A DNA stretch of 64,000 nucleotides from Octopus sinensis. Taxonomy: Eukaryota. Under the pieces are notes generated by a model that was not told where the DNA came from, did not search any database, and saw nothing but the letters and a program-made list of their open reading frames with translations. The translations under genes and the position numbers were made by a program. Numbering within the stretch: the stretch's first letter is position 1; every line of letters starts with the position of its first letter. The stretch is from positions 91,016,001 to 91,080,000 of the forward strand of contig NC_043004.1 of assembly GCF_006345805.1 (NCBI RefSeq), written 5' to 3'. Of the stretch, positions 62,765 to 64,000 are shown piece after piece.

Positions 62765-64000
62765 TATATATATAAAATATTATATTAGAGGTAAAATCAA
62801 AATCAAAATTTAATTAGGGTAAAGTGGATTTGAAGTCTTACAGCCATTTCTAGGATAACCCAAGTGATAGGTTAGAATGTCCAGAGACAAGGTATGAATA
62901 TATTGAATTGAAAAGAATCGGAGTGGCTTGTATTAGTTGAAGGGGTAAAGGTGTGTCTGACTGTAAGTTCAAGGATATAGTTAGATAGGGAGAGAATGTA
63001 AGGGGGAAAGAAAAAGAGATGAATAAATACTGGAAAAGGCAAGAAAGAACAGAAAATTTACTTATTAATAGAATAAAATAAGGGTGAGAAAGTAGGTCAG
63101 TTGCATAAGTGTGAGTGGGAGTACTGAATTCTAGACAAGGCAACAAAAACAGTGTGATAGTGGAGCATGTGCAAATTTGGGTTAAAGACAGCTACTGCTG
63201 TTCTTAGGTGAATGATAATGCGAGAACAATATTAGTAAGTATAACGACTGGAAATAGATATTTAAATAACAAACAGGTAAAAAAGGCCAAGAAACTAACT
63301 TACAATGTCTAGCAGCTGGCTTAGTACAAGGAGAAACCCACAAGATTATTCACCATCTTTCCAAAAATAACTTTGGCCACCTGTTTGAACTCAGTACCTC
63401 TATAATTTGTGGACATGCTTATAAAACCAAAAAACAGTGCAGTACCAGTGACTTTCAGAAACATCTTTTATGCTTAGAACTGTTGAAGCATAAAATAAAC
63501 TACCTGCATCAGATGTTAGCAGTTGTTAGCGTCCTTCAAAAATTTCATGCTCCCTGAAATTTGTCAATGCTATTCTGACATGTTTCCATGCACTCTTTCC
63601 TCATTATGACTCTTTTACTGTTCACTTTTGGGTTTTAATTTGTGTACTATCCATGTACTTCTAAGCTTTTATTGCTGTCTTTCTTTACTTGATTTGTGGC
63701 TGCTTTCTGTCCTTTCTCTTAGCCTTTTCCAACAAGTTCTAGTGCATCTGAGCACTGTATACAATAAGCTTATTATTAACTATATGTAATAATTATAAAA
63801 ATTAATAACAGTTTGTTTAAATAATGGCCCAAGGCCATAAATTTTGAGGGAAGGGATCAGTTAATACCATCAATCATAGTACTTGACTGGTACTATATTT
63901 TATTGACCACGGAGGAATAAAAGATAAAGTTGACTTTGGTGGGATCTGAACTGAGACTATAGTAAATTGGAGCAAATATCCCAAGGTATTTTATTTGATA

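Overview
AT-rich, microsatellite-dense animal genomic DNA. The repeat families and host protein suggest a coleoid cephalopod, probably Octopus; this is recognition, not a database result. One host gene crosses the window on the minus strand: a Hillarin-like gene (LIM zinc finger, coiled coil, transglutaminase-like domain). I traced 8 phase-compatible coding exons (51260 down to 3700; 1443 nt, 481 codons), including a 27.8-kb intron. Its first and last coding exons were not found and probably lie outside the window. The rest is mostly transposon-derived: mariner, rosa-like and Tc2-like DNA transposons, a mariner MITE, three non-autonomous Helitrons, RTE, R4/Dong-like and other LINE relics, a deleted Gypsy LTR element and tRNA-head SINEs. 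No CRISPR array, rRNA or intact tRNA gene was seen. The most unusual signals are: (i) several (TA)n-associated elements with hammerhead-ribozyme motifs, one near-canonical at 36154-36196, and three of them folded into long near-perfect hairpins with 280-, 181- and 75-bp arms; (ii) a U6 snRNA-SINE-RTE-tail chimera; (iii) a PHD finger inside an RTE reverse transcriptase; (iv) a higher-order minisatellite built from a SINE head; (v) a full-length mariner with an internal inversion.
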